This document shows, in pieces, positions 1 to 8,344 of a stretch of 64,000 nucleotides of DNA (its first letter is position 1; each line of letters starts with the position of its first letter). The notes under the pieces were generated by a model. The model searched no databases, was not told where the DNA came from, and worked only from the letters and a program-made list of their open reading frames with translations. Position numbers and translations under genes: made by a program. The stretch is from Cyanobacteria bacterium auto_48_18 (GTDB lineage Bacteria > Cyanobacteriota > Vampirovibrionia > Obscuribacterales > Obscuribacteraceae), in contig JAVHQC010000022.1 in NCBI GenBank assembly GCA_036170915.1, positions 127,320 through 191,319 on the forward strand, given 5' to 3'.

Positions 1-1
1 T

Positions 2-289
2 GCCGCTACTCTTAAGCGCCGCATGGAAAAAAGTGAAACAAGCGGCCGTACCCTCACTCTCAAAGTTAAGTATGGCGACAATCATCAAGTCACTCGCAGC
101 AGAACCTTCGCTGAGTCAATTGCCGTAGATGATATGTCGATGGTGGTAAAAGTGGCCCTGGAATTACTTGATACAACCGAGGTAGAGACTAAAAATGCCA
201 GACTGCTGGGCCTTTCTCTTTCAAATTTAGACTGCGAACGGGAGCTTGAGAGTAGCGATGCTGTTCAGCTGGTGCTGGAGCTCAGCTAA
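2..289 (+). CDS. dinB: DNA polymerase IV, C-terminal little-finger domain (5' truncated by window edge)
   Basis: GRTLTLKVKY...TRSRT...RLLGLSLSNL pattern and a terminal QLVLEL clamp-binding-like motif; frame open from position 2. Confidence 0.85.
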   Translation, partial: AATLKRRMEKSETSGRTLTLKVKYGDNHQVTRSRTFAESIAVDDMSMVVKVALELLDTTEVETKNARLLGLSLSNLDCERELESSDAVQLVLELS

Positions 290-291
290 GC

Positions 292-312
292 TATAATGCT
301 GCCACAAGAGGA
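292..312 (+). promoter_or_regulatory. Putative -10 box (TATAAT, 292-297) and GAGGA ribosome-binding site for the small ORF-galT-galK unit
   Basis: Exact TATAAT just after the dinB stop; GAGGA upstream of ATG 319; no good -35. Confidence 0.4.
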
Positions 313-318
313 AAGCCA

Positions 319-507
319 ATGTCTAATGAACCTGTGGACAAGGACGAAACAGGCAAAGAGCAGCAGTCTGTCAAAGCCCAGATGCAAAAGCTGCGTATGC
401 AAAAGCGAGTGGAGCGCAAAGAGGACGGTCGTCATCTGCTCTATTACAGCTTTAGCGATGAGCAACCATTGCCTGACAACAATCATAAACAGAAAATAGG
501 CCAATAA
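319..507 (+). CDS. 62-aa protein resembling the N-terminal extension of long-form GalT
   Basis: RBS; KEDGRHLLYY motif; stop overlaps the galT start (TAATG). Confidence 0.65.
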   Translation: MSNEPVDKDETGKEQQSVKAQMQKLRMQKRVERKEDGRHLLYYSFSDEQPLPDNNHKQKIGQ

Positions 508-1493
508 TGTCTGAGAAGCGCTGGAATCCTGTGCTGGGTGAATGGGTAGTGACGGCAACACACCGTCAAGATCGCACTTTTCTACCGCCCGCCGGTTATT
601 GCCCTCTTTGTCCAACCGCCGCTGGTGGTTTTCCCACCGAAGTGCCTGAATCGTCCTATGACTTCGTGGTTTTTGAGAATAAATTTCCCAGCCTAAAGCT
701 CAACGCACCGGTGCCTGCCATTGTCGGCACTGAACTTTTTGCTGTTGAGCCTTCTACCGGCATTTGCGAAGTTGTTTTGTATTCAAGTGATCACAGTGGT
801 ACGCTCACCGATCTTTCGCCAGCCAGGTTGCATCAATTGGTTAAAGTCTGGCGTGATCGCTATGAAGAGCTTGGCGCCCTGTCAGAGATTGACTATGTTT
901 TCATTTTTGAGAATAAGGGCGAAGCAATTGGAGTAACTATTCATCACCCTCATGGTCAAATTTACGCTTTCTCTTATTTGCCTCCCAAAATCGAGCGTAA
1001 GCTCACGAACGAAAGCGAGCACCTTGAGCGTACCGGCCGTTGCCTGCATTGCGATATTGTTAAAGAGGAGCTGGCACAGGGCGTTCGCATCGTATCCGAA
1101 AGCGACCACTTTATAGCCATTATTCCTTTTTATGCCCGCTATCCCTACGAGGTGCATATTTATTCGCGCGCTCACCGCGGCTCAATGGCCGATTTTTCGG
1201 CTGATGAAGAAGCGGATCTGGCTAAAATTATGCTCGAAGTTTTGCGCAAATATGATGGCCTCTGGGGTTTCTCGATGCCCTACATGATGGTCATGTATCA
1301 AAAGCCCACTGACGGCAAAGACTGGCCTGGTACTCACTTCCATATTGAGTTTTATCCACCATTGCGTACTCCTCAGAAACTAAAATATCTGGCCGGCTGC
1401 GAATCTGGAGCCGGTACTTTCGTCAACGATACTTTGCCTGAAGACAAGGCGCGAGAATTGAAAAATGTTCAAATCGAGGCGGTGGTCTATTGA
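507..1493 (+). CDS. galT: Galactose-1-phosphate uridylyltransferase
   Basis: CPLCP, FENKG, HPHGQ catalytic motif; adjacent to galK. Confidence 0.95.
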   Translation: MSEKRWNPVLGEWVVTATHRQDRTFLPPAGYCPLCPTAAGGFPTEVPESSYDFVVFENKFPSLKLNAPVPAIVGTELFAVEPSTGICEVVLYSSDHSGTLTDLSPARLHQLVKVWRDRYEELGALSEIDYVFIFENKGEAIGVTIHHPHGQIYAFSYLPPKIERKLTNESEHLERTGRCLHCDIVKEELAQGVRIVSESDHFIAIIPFYARYPYEVHIYSRAHRGSMADFSADEEADLAKIMLEVLRKYDGLWGFSMPYMMVMYQKPTDGKDWPGTHFHIEFYPPLRTPQKLKYLAGCESGAGTFVNDTLPEDKARELKNVQIEAVVY

Positions 1494-2683
1494 GTAAATT
1501 AGCTGGTTCACAATCTGATATTGCTATAGATACCTTTACCACTCGCTTTAACCAGGCGCCAAAATATTTGGTACGCGCACCTGGGCGGGTAAATTTAATC
1601 GGAGAGCACACAGACTATAACCAGGGTTTTGTTTTTCCCTGTGCCATTGATAGAGAAATGGTGATCGTAGCAAGCTGCAGAGATGATCATCGAGTGATGG
1701 CACATTCTGTCGAATACAATGAAGATGACGAATTTGATCTCGCAGACATAGACAAAATTCCTGCGCCGGAAAGACAGTGGGCCAATTACTTGCGTTCGGT
1801 TTTGAGCACTTTGCAGAAACGTGGTTATAAGCTTAGCGGCTTCAATGCAGTACTGGCAGGCAATGTGCCTCAAGGCGCAGGCTTGAGTTCATCGGCCGCT
1901 TATGAAGTCGCTGTCGCCACCGTATGCAATGGCATGGACCGACTTAATATCAGCAGCAAAGATATCGCACTGATCGCTCAACAAGCAGAGAACGAATTTA
2001 TTGGCGTGCAATGCGGCATCATGGATCAGTTTATATCGGCCCTTGGTGAAGTAGATTCGGCACTGATGATCGATTGCCGCTCGCTTGATTACAGGGCTGT
2101 ACCACTGCGTTTGGAAGAGCTGGCCTGCTCTATTGTGATTGTCAATTCGGGGGTTCAGCGCGGGCTGGTTGACAGTGAATATAATGCGCGCCGCGATCAG
2201 TGTACTGAAGGTGTAGTTGCCTTAAGTCGCTTAACTGGCCGAGCTATGGAAAGTCTGCGTGATATCGAGCTGGCTGAGTTTGAAACACATGCTGCCGCTC
2301 TTGATTCTACAGTGGCCAAACGCTGTCGCCACGTGGTCACTGAAAACAAACGCGTCACTGATGCCGTGGCTTGTTTAGAGGCAAGCAACCTCGACGATTT
2401 TGGTTTATTGATGAACGCCTCGCATGCTTCTTTGCGTGACGATTTTGCCGTTAGCTGTCCTGAAATTGATACCCTGGTAGAACTCTCGCAAAAGTATGAA
2501 GGGGTATTAGGGGCAAGAATTACTGGTGGCGGATTTGGTGGCTGCACCGTGGCCATCATGTATGACGCCGTGGTCGAAAGTTTTATGGACACTGTTATTC
2601 CTGAATATGAGCGACTTTGTCATAAGCAGGCGAGCGTCTACATTTGTCGCGCCATGTCAGGGGCGACGCTGGTTGCACTTTAG
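1490..2683 (+). CDS. galK: Galactokinase
   Basis: APGRVNLIGEHTDYN, GAGLSSSAA, CGIMDQ, GARITGGGFGG. Confidence 0.97.
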   Translation: MSKLAGSQSDIAIDTFTTRFNQAPKYLVRAPGRVNLIGEHTDYNQGFVFPCAIDREMVIVASCRDDHRVMAHSVEYNEDDEFDLADIDKIPAPERQWANYLRSVLSTLQKRGYKLSGFNAVLAGNVPQGAGLSSSAAYEVAVATVCNGMDRLNISSKDIALIAQQAENEFIGVQCGIMDQFISALGEVDSALMIDCRSLDYRAVPLRLEELACSIVIVNSGVQRGLVDSEYNARRDQCTEGVVALSRLTGRAMESLRDIELAEFETHAAALDSTVAKRCRHVVTENKRVTDAVACLEASNLDDFGLLMNASHASLRDDFAVSCPEIDTLVELSQKYEGVLGARITGGGFGGCTVAIMYDAVVESFMDTVIPEYERLCHKQASVYICRAMSGATLVAL

Positions 2684-2700
2684 TTTTTCAGACCTATATT

Positions 2701-3447
2701 CTATTCTTGAGCCTTAAGCCATTTGCTTAAATCGCCAGTCACTTCGGCTGACACAATTTGTTCGCCTTTTTTACAAAAGTTGTGATCGAGGCCGCTATAC
2801 ACCTTGAAGGTGGTGTTGGATCGCCCATCCAGGGCCTCCCACCAGCTTTGGAAATCGTCCGGGCCAAGTGTGGTATCAGCGGTGCCGTGCAAAATAAGTA
2901 CCGGGCGTTTGATCTGTTGCATTGCTTTGGCCGGATTGTAATTGCTCTCTTTTTTCGCTTCGGCCGCTCCGGCCGCACCGGCTAGTAGTACAAATCCAGA
3001 AATATTCTGATTTGCCTCGGCAATTAAGGGAACTGAGAAGGCGCTCTTGCCGTGGGCAAGCACAAAAATATGTCGCTGGTCAATTTTTTTGTTACTTTGA
3101 AGCAATGCCACTGCCTGCAGTGCGTCGCTAGCGGTTTGCTGATTAAAGCAGTCACTTTCACCGCTCTTTTGATATGCAGTTTTGCAAGTTATCACCGCAA
3201 TGTCTTTTTCTGCCAGGGCCTGGGGCACCTGTGCTGCAATTTTGCCTTGAGTGGTCTCATCTGTTAACAATATTGCCGTTGAATAGGGTCCATCGCCCAC
3301 AGGGCAGGTAAGCGAAAATGTCAAAGGCCGATTTTTACCATCATTATTGGCTTGCCCATTTGTAGCTATCGCCGGGGCAACGAAAGCAAAGAAAATGGCG
3401 AGTATGAGAATATTAACGGTGCTTGCTGTCTTGAACAAAATCGGCAT
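2701..3447 (-). CDS. Secreted alpha/beta-hydrolase-fold protein with degenerate nucleophile motif
   Basis: Signal-like N-terminus; PVLILHGTAD and LDHNF; elbow reads AHGKSA; start chosen at MPILF (track ORF extends to 3498). Confidence 0.7.
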   Translation of the reverse strand: MPILFKTASTVNILILAIFFAFVAPAIATNGQANNDGKNRPLTFSLTCPVGDGPYSTAILLTDETTQGKIAAQVPQALAEKDIAVITCKTAYQKSGESDCFNQQTASDALQAVALLQSNKKIDQRHIFVLAHGKSAFSVPLIAEANQNISGFVLLAGAAGAAEAKKESNYNPAKAMQQIKRPVLILHGTADTTLGPDDFQSWWEALDGRSNTTFKVYSGLDHNFCKKGEQIVSAEVTGDLSKWLKAQE

Positions 3448-3497
3448 GCTTAAATCGCTAGTTTTTAAAGATAATACGAACACCCAGTATATACACA

Positions 3498-5603
3498 ATG
3501 ACTTTCGATCAGCCAGACCAAAACCATAATCGCGGCTCTCTAGTCGTGGGTTCTGTTATTGGCGGCACCTATCGAATTTTAGATTTCGTCGGCGAAGGCG
3601 GCATGGGTTATGTCTACAAAGCCGAACATATGATGATGACCAAAGTCATGGCCTTAAAAGTACTGCGCTCTGAGCAGGTTTCGCAAGCTGTGTGGTTGCG
3701 CTTTCGCGCAGAGGCGCAAGCGATTGCTCGCCTTGATCATGAAAATGTGGTGCGAATATATGACATGTCGCAGACTGAAGACGGCATGCCTTATTACACC
3801 ATGGACTTGCTTGAAGGCCAGTCTCTAGCCGATCATATAGACGATAATGGCCCCCTGTCTGTGGCTCTCGCGCTGCCAATTTTCGCACAAGTCTGCTCGG
3901 GGCTGGCCTACGCGCACGAACGTGGAATCATTCACCGTGATATTAAACCGGCAAATATCATGGTTACAGCTATTGGCTCCCGACACCCGAAAGTAAAAAT
4001 AGTCGATTTTGGTATTGCTAAGCTAACAGCACTAGATGGTACTAGTAGTCAGGGTTTAACTCGGCCTGGTGAAGTTGTGGGCAGCCCGTTGTACATGAGC
4101 CCCGAGCAGTGTGGAGGTCAAGCCTTAGATCATCGCAGCGACATGTATTCAGTGGGCGTAACCATGTTTCAAGCGCTTACGGGCAGGCCGCCCTTGTTGG
4201 GTAAAAGTGCCATTGAAACTGCAGGTATGCATCAAACCACGGTGCCACCATCTATGGTGGAGGCCTGCGGAGAAGAGTTTCCGCCTGTGCTTGAGCAGAT
4301 AGTGGCTCGCCTTCTAGCTAAAGCGCCAGCCCAGCGCTATCAGTCGCTGTCTGAAGTGGCCACATTGCTCACCAAGTTAGAGCAGAGCAGTGACCCAGAA
4401 CAAGAAGAACAAGAAGAGCAAGACGAGCAAGAAGAAAGAAGGGAGCATTCATCACGTGCACTGTTTGCCAGCTCGCATCAAAATACTACAGACATAGAGA
4501 GCCAGCTTCAAAGTAAAAGAGCTATCTTGCTTGTCGCAGTCGCAGTGATGGCTTTGGGTCTTCTCGCCACCGCTGTTTTTTATATGGCGGCGCCCAAGGA
4601 GCGCCACAATAAAGTTGATGCTACGCGCAAGCAAGTTGCCAAACTGAGAGAGGAAAATCTGGCATCAATTCTCGGAGATGTTTCAGCCGAGAATCGTGCG
4701 CCCACAGAGATAACTGTTTCACCGGAAGCCCGCCTTGCTGCTCAGGCCTGGTTGCAGAAAAAGCACGGTGCTTATGCCACAGTGCAAACCGTCGCTAATA
4801 AGAAAATGAATAGATTCGATTTTCCCAAAGATTTTAGTTTGGGTGATATTAGTTTCTCGGAGCATAGAGAGAGAGAAGGCAGGCCACCGCAGGCAGCGCG
4901 CGGAGTTTTACTATTTCCTTATGGTGCCAAGCTGAGAATGGAGCTCAATCAGATCGTCTTCGCCTATCCTCAGTTACTCAGTGGCTTTCATCCTGACGAT
5001 CTTGAAAATATTGCGGCTGATATGGCTGATGGCAATAATCGAGAACTTTTCAATCAGTTTCATCGTCTCACCGGCATTCATACCATCGACCTGCGGGGCA
5101 GTGTATTTAAAGCCGCTGATTTTGATTCTTTAGAAAAGCTGAGCAACGTGACAAAGGCCAATTTAAGCGGCGCAAAGATTGACTCGGAAATGCTGGCTAA
5201 GACCAAATTTTTGCGGCGTCTGAGTGTGCTTGAACTTGATTCTGTGAGCAATATTACGCCAATTCTTCGTGTCCTGGCAGCAAAAGGTGACATGGGCGTT
5301 TTAAGCTTGAATTTTTCCAAACTGACTGATGAAGATCTGGCCTTAATTGGAAGAATGAAAACTCTCTGGAAACTCAGCTTAAGGGGTACCTCTATTAAAG
5401 ATAACCAGTTAGCGGTATTAGCCGACTTGGACCTGCTAACCGATCTTAATCTAGAGGGCTGCGACAGTCTGACAGAAAAATGTATTGTTCACCTAGCTAA
5501 AATTAAGCATTTAAAGCGACTGAAAGTGCCTGAAAATCTCACTACTGAGAATAATTACTACAGGGTGAAAAAGGTTCTGCCCAGGCTAGAAAAACTCAAT
5601 TAA
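3498..5603 (+). CDS. Ser/Thr protein kinase with TM helix and C-terminal LRR domain
   Basis: GEGGMG, HRDIKPAN, DFG, YMSPEQ; TM AILLVAVAVMALGLLATAVFY; LRR repeats. Confidence 0.92.
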   Translation: MTFDQPDQNHNRGSLVVGSVIGGTYRILDFVGEGGMGYVYKAEHMMMTKVMALKVLRSEQVSQAVWLRFRAEAQAIARLDHENVVRIYDMSQTEDGMPYYTMDLLEGQSLADHIDDNGPLSVALALPIFAQVCSGLAYAHERGIIHRDIKPANIMVTAIGSRHPKVKIVDFGIAKLTALDGTSSQGLTRPGEVVGSPLYMSPEQCGGQALDHRSDMYSVGVTMFQALTGRPPLLGKSAIETAGMHQTTVPPSMVEACGEEFPPVLEQIVARLLAKAPAQRYQSLSEVATLLTKLEQSSDPEQEEQEEQDEQEERREHSSRALFASSHQNTTDIESQLQSKRAILLVAVAVMALGLLATAVFYMAAPKERHNKVDATRKQVAKLREENLASILGDVSAENRAPTEITVSPEARLAAQAWLQKKHGAYATVQTVANKKMNRFDFPKDFSLGDISFSEHREREGRPPQAARGVLLFPYGAKLRMELNQIVFAYPQLLSGFHPDDLENIAADMADGNNRELFNQFHRLTGIHTIDLRGSVFKAADFDSLEKLSNVTKANLSGAKIDSEMLAKTKFLRRLSVLELDSVSNITPILRVLAAKGDMGVLSLNFSKLTDEDLALIGRMKTLWKLSLRGTSIKDNQLAVLADLDLLTDLNLEGCDSLTEKCIVHLAKIKHLKRLKVPENLTTENNYYRVKKVLPRLEKLN
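4398..4436 (+). repeat. 9-bp in-frame degenerate repeat encoding EQEEQEEQDEQEE
   Basis: gaacaagaa gaacaagaa gagcaagac gagcaagaa in the kinase-TM linker. Confidence 0.6.
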
Positions 5604-5654
5604 TATGGGCATAGAATTAGTGCTGTAAAGCCGGTAGTTCAAAATGAGGAAGTC

Positions 5655-5975
5655 ATGTTCTGCGTCATTTATCACTTCAAAGTCAAGGCTGGTCAGCAGA
5701 GCGCATTTCAGGAAGCCTGGCACGCTGTGACTGAAGACATGGTGCAGAATTTTAGATCACTGGGCGCCAGGCTGCACAGTTCTGAAGACGGCTCTTTCGT
5801 CGCCTACGCTCAGTGGCCAGATCGCGAAAGCTGGCAGAGCGGTCATTTAGTTGTGGAGGCCGAATCAAACCAGATGCATGTAGAAAATCTGTTAGACGAA
5901 ATTCCCACTGTTATCTACAAAATGACAGTGATAGATGACTTGTTCCTTGGAGCCTCGTCTGGTGGTCTGATTTAG
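5655..5975 (+). CDS. Antibiotic biosynthesis monooxygenase (ABM)-like protein
   Basis: FKVKAGQQSAFQEAW...GARLH...AYAQWPDRESW pattern; GAGGA RBS. Confidence 0.75.
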   Translation: MFCVIYHFKVKAGQQSAFQEAWHAVTEDMVQNFRSLGARLHSSEDGSFVAYAQWPDRESWQSGHLVVEAESNQMHVENLLDEIPTVIYKMTVIDDLFLGASSGGLI

Positions 5976-5988
5976 TTTACAGATTTTC

Positions 5989-7119
5989 TTGAGGTTTTTC
6001 TGTAAGCACGTTTTTGAGGATAGAAGTATCAAGAGGCCCAGAACCTGGGAATTTGTTGTTATGACGCTGGGCGCCATTGTTACTGTGGGCTCATTGATCT
6101 GGCTCAAAAATCAATCTGATGTGCACACTTTGCGGCATCAAGAAGTAATGTCTGAGATAGAAAACCTTAAGTCTGGTATTGCACCGGCTGCGCCTGTGGC
6201 GCGAGATCTCTTAGCCGCTGTTACACCAGACAATCGTGCAGTGCTGCAATTATTATCTGCCGACGACAAAAGTCGTAAAGCAGGTCTGGCTTACCTTGAG
6301 GGTCACTGGTCTAGTCATGACCCTGCTAAAGTACTAGAAATTTTGCCTTTTTTAAATGCTTCTTCTGGTGAACGAGAGCCCGTTGTGATGCTTCTTCAGC
6401 GCAAGACCGGTCAATCATTCGGCAGCGATCTGGCTGCCTGGAAAAAATGGCTGTTAGGGCGCACACCAGCCGAAAAGAAGTACACCGATAAGAATGAAAA
6501 CCTCTCATACCTTGATTTTAAATCGCTGCTTTATCACCGCTGCGACCCCCGATTTATTCATTATTTTGCTCATGCACCGAAAACCACTGTAGATGCTGAA
6601 GAGGTGAACTGGCTTGGCGTTGCTCAAACACCGGCTCTGCGCCATGCCGCACTTGTGCCTGCGGCAGCGGCTACCTATTTGAAAGACAACGATCTGGTTT
6701 TTGGAATCACGTCAGCACAAGACTCTCTTGCTTTTCCGCAGCGCATACTGGTCTGGCATAATCTCATAGAAACTAGCTGGCAAGCTGCCGGGCGGGCCAC
6801 TAAGCTGTTGATTGTCTATGACTCAAGCCACCATCGGGCGCGAATTTTCGAAAGCGCAGGCGGCGATGACGAAGAAGGTTTTAGCCAAAGCGGATTTGGC
6901 TATCACGACGAGCAGTTGTTTGTTCAAGACTCTAATAAATCGCTCTGGAGCCCTAAACTGGGCGAAGTTGTGATCTCTACCACAAAAAGCAACCTCAAGC
7001 TAAAGGCACTACCAGTAGTGGCGACAAGCTGGAGGGAGTGGAGAGCCCAACACCCGGAAACCAGCGTGTTATCGTCCAATACAGGCTTTGACCGCGATTA
7101 TGCGGCAGATTTACCTTAG
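5989..7119 (+). CDS. DUF3179-like membrane-anchored protein (start may be ~6061)
   Basis: AFPQRILVWH, SLWS, TSWREWRAQHPETSVLS, TGFDRDY. Confidence 0.7.
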   Translation: MRFFCKHVFEDRSIKRPRTWEFVVMTLGAIVTVGSLIWLKNQSDVHTLRHQEVMSEIENLKSGIAPAAPVARDLLAAVTPDNRAVLQLLSADDKSRKAGLAYLEGHWSSHDPAKVLEILPFLNASSGEREPVVMLLQRKTGQSFGSDLAAWKKWLLGRTPAEKKYTDKNENLSYLDFKSLLYHRCDPRFIHYFAHAPKTTVDAEEVNWLGVAQTPALRHAALVPAAAATYLKDNDLVFGITSAQDSLAFPQRILVWHNLIETSWQAAGRATKLLIVYDSSHHRARIFESAGGDDEEGFSQSGFGYHDEQLFVQDSNKSLWSPKLGEVVISTTKSNLKLKALPVVATSWREWRAQHPETSVLSSNTGFDRDYAADLP

Positions 7120-8270
7120 TGAGCAGACTCGGCCGCCGCCACCGCTGATGGTGTTCTTGTATTAGTGGCAAAAACTGCGTCGATTCTAGGTGCCACCGCT
7201 TCGGCGGCATCTTCTCCAGCCTTGATCGCTTTTTTTAAGAGCTCATCTTTGCTGGTCATATATGACACCCCTTCGGTGTCAGGAAATATCAATACGTCGG
7301 TTTCAGCAGCTTTAGGTTTATCGGTATTGGCTAAAACAATGTCTACCACACGTCCAAGAATCTGCCAGTTTGAACGGAAAGTTTCTTTATCTACTGGATT
7401 GATTGGTGCATCTACCAGAGCGGCAATCACCAGATCAGGTTTCATGGTCTTAGCAATTTCAGAGGGCAAGTTTGCTCTCAGTGCGCCGTCTACATAAAGG
7501 TGGTTATTTATCTCTATCGGTTTGCAGATGATTGGCACACAGTTACTGGCCACAACCGATATAGGCAAATCGCCCTTAGTCAATACTTCTGTTTTTCCGT
7601 CTTCTAAATTGGTGACCACACAACCAAGCGGAATTTTTAGTTCAGCAAAAGTTGCGGGTAGCCTTTTTGCCAGGTATTTTTCGAAACTTTTTCCGGTAGA
7701 TAAACCGCCGTAAGACTTGCCTTTAATCACGTGTGCAACTGGTGCCAGCGGAGCGGTTAGCACCCTCGGTGCAATTCCTTTAAACATGTTTTTTTGCAGG
7801 TCGCCTGATATAAACATCTCTTCTATTTCGTCGAGTGGAACACCAGCACAATAAAGCGCACCGATAGTTGCGCCCATACTGGTGCCGATTATGCCGTCAA
7901 TGGCAATTTTGTGTTTTTCCAGGGTGCGCAAAACGCCAATTTCGGCCACTGCTTTGCACCCGCCGCCTGAGAGGGCGACAATTACTCTTGGCCTTACCGA
8001 TTTGAAGGGCTGCTTTGCGTCGCCGGTTACCTTTATGTCCGGCGAAAGTTCGTTGACGTCGCGATTTGATACTGCCGGTTGAGAAGTCGTTGTGGGGATA
8101 GTTGTGGTTTGTGACGTTGACTGCGGAATTTCGCTCGGTTGGGCACTTAGTGGTATTTGCAGCTCGTCTGCTCGAGCCGCTGGAGTAGCTATCACCACCA
8201 TCATTGCAAGTGCGTTACAGAATTTTTTAGACACGTACATTTTAGACACGTACATTTTAGACACGTACAT
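7116..8270 (-). CDS. Secreted patatin-like phospholipase
   Basis: LSGGG, GTSMG, DGA motifs; GAGGAG RBS (8283-8288) points to ATG 8270 rather than the track start at 8417. Confidence 0.9.
   Translation of the reverse strand: MYVSKMYVSKMYVSKKFCNALAMMVVIATPAARADELQIPLSAQPSEIPQSTSQTTTIPTTTSQPAVSNRDVNELSPDIKVTGDAKQPFKSVRPRVIVALSGGGCKAVAEIGVLRTLEKHKIAIDGIIGTSMGATIGALYCAGVPLDEIEEMFISGDLQKNMFKGIAPRVLTAPLAPVAHVIKGKSYGGLSTGKSFEKYLAKRLPATFAELKIPLGCVVTNLEDGKTEVLTKGDLPISVVASNCVPIICKPIEINNHLYVDGALRANLPSEIAKTMKPDLVIAALVDAPINPVDKETFRSNWQILGRVVDIVLANTDKPKAAETDVLIFPDTEGVSYMTSKDELLKKAIKAGEDAAEAVAPRIDAVFATNTRTPSAVAAAESAH
8226..8270 (-). repeat. Three perfect 15-bp tandem copies of ATGTACGTGTCTAAA (MYVSK x3)
   Basis: Plus-strand TTTAGACACGTACAT at 8226, 8241 and 8256. 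Confidence 0.95.
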
Positions 8271-8344
8271 AGTATGGTGATTCTCCTCTGTCAATATGCT
8301 TCTTGCCGTCGATAATGACCGCACATATACGCAAAGGTTCCTAA

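Noticed and set aside
8226..8270. 15-bp repeats as CRISPR or iterons
   Set aside because: No spacers, only three copies, coincide with a start codon, and no rep gene.
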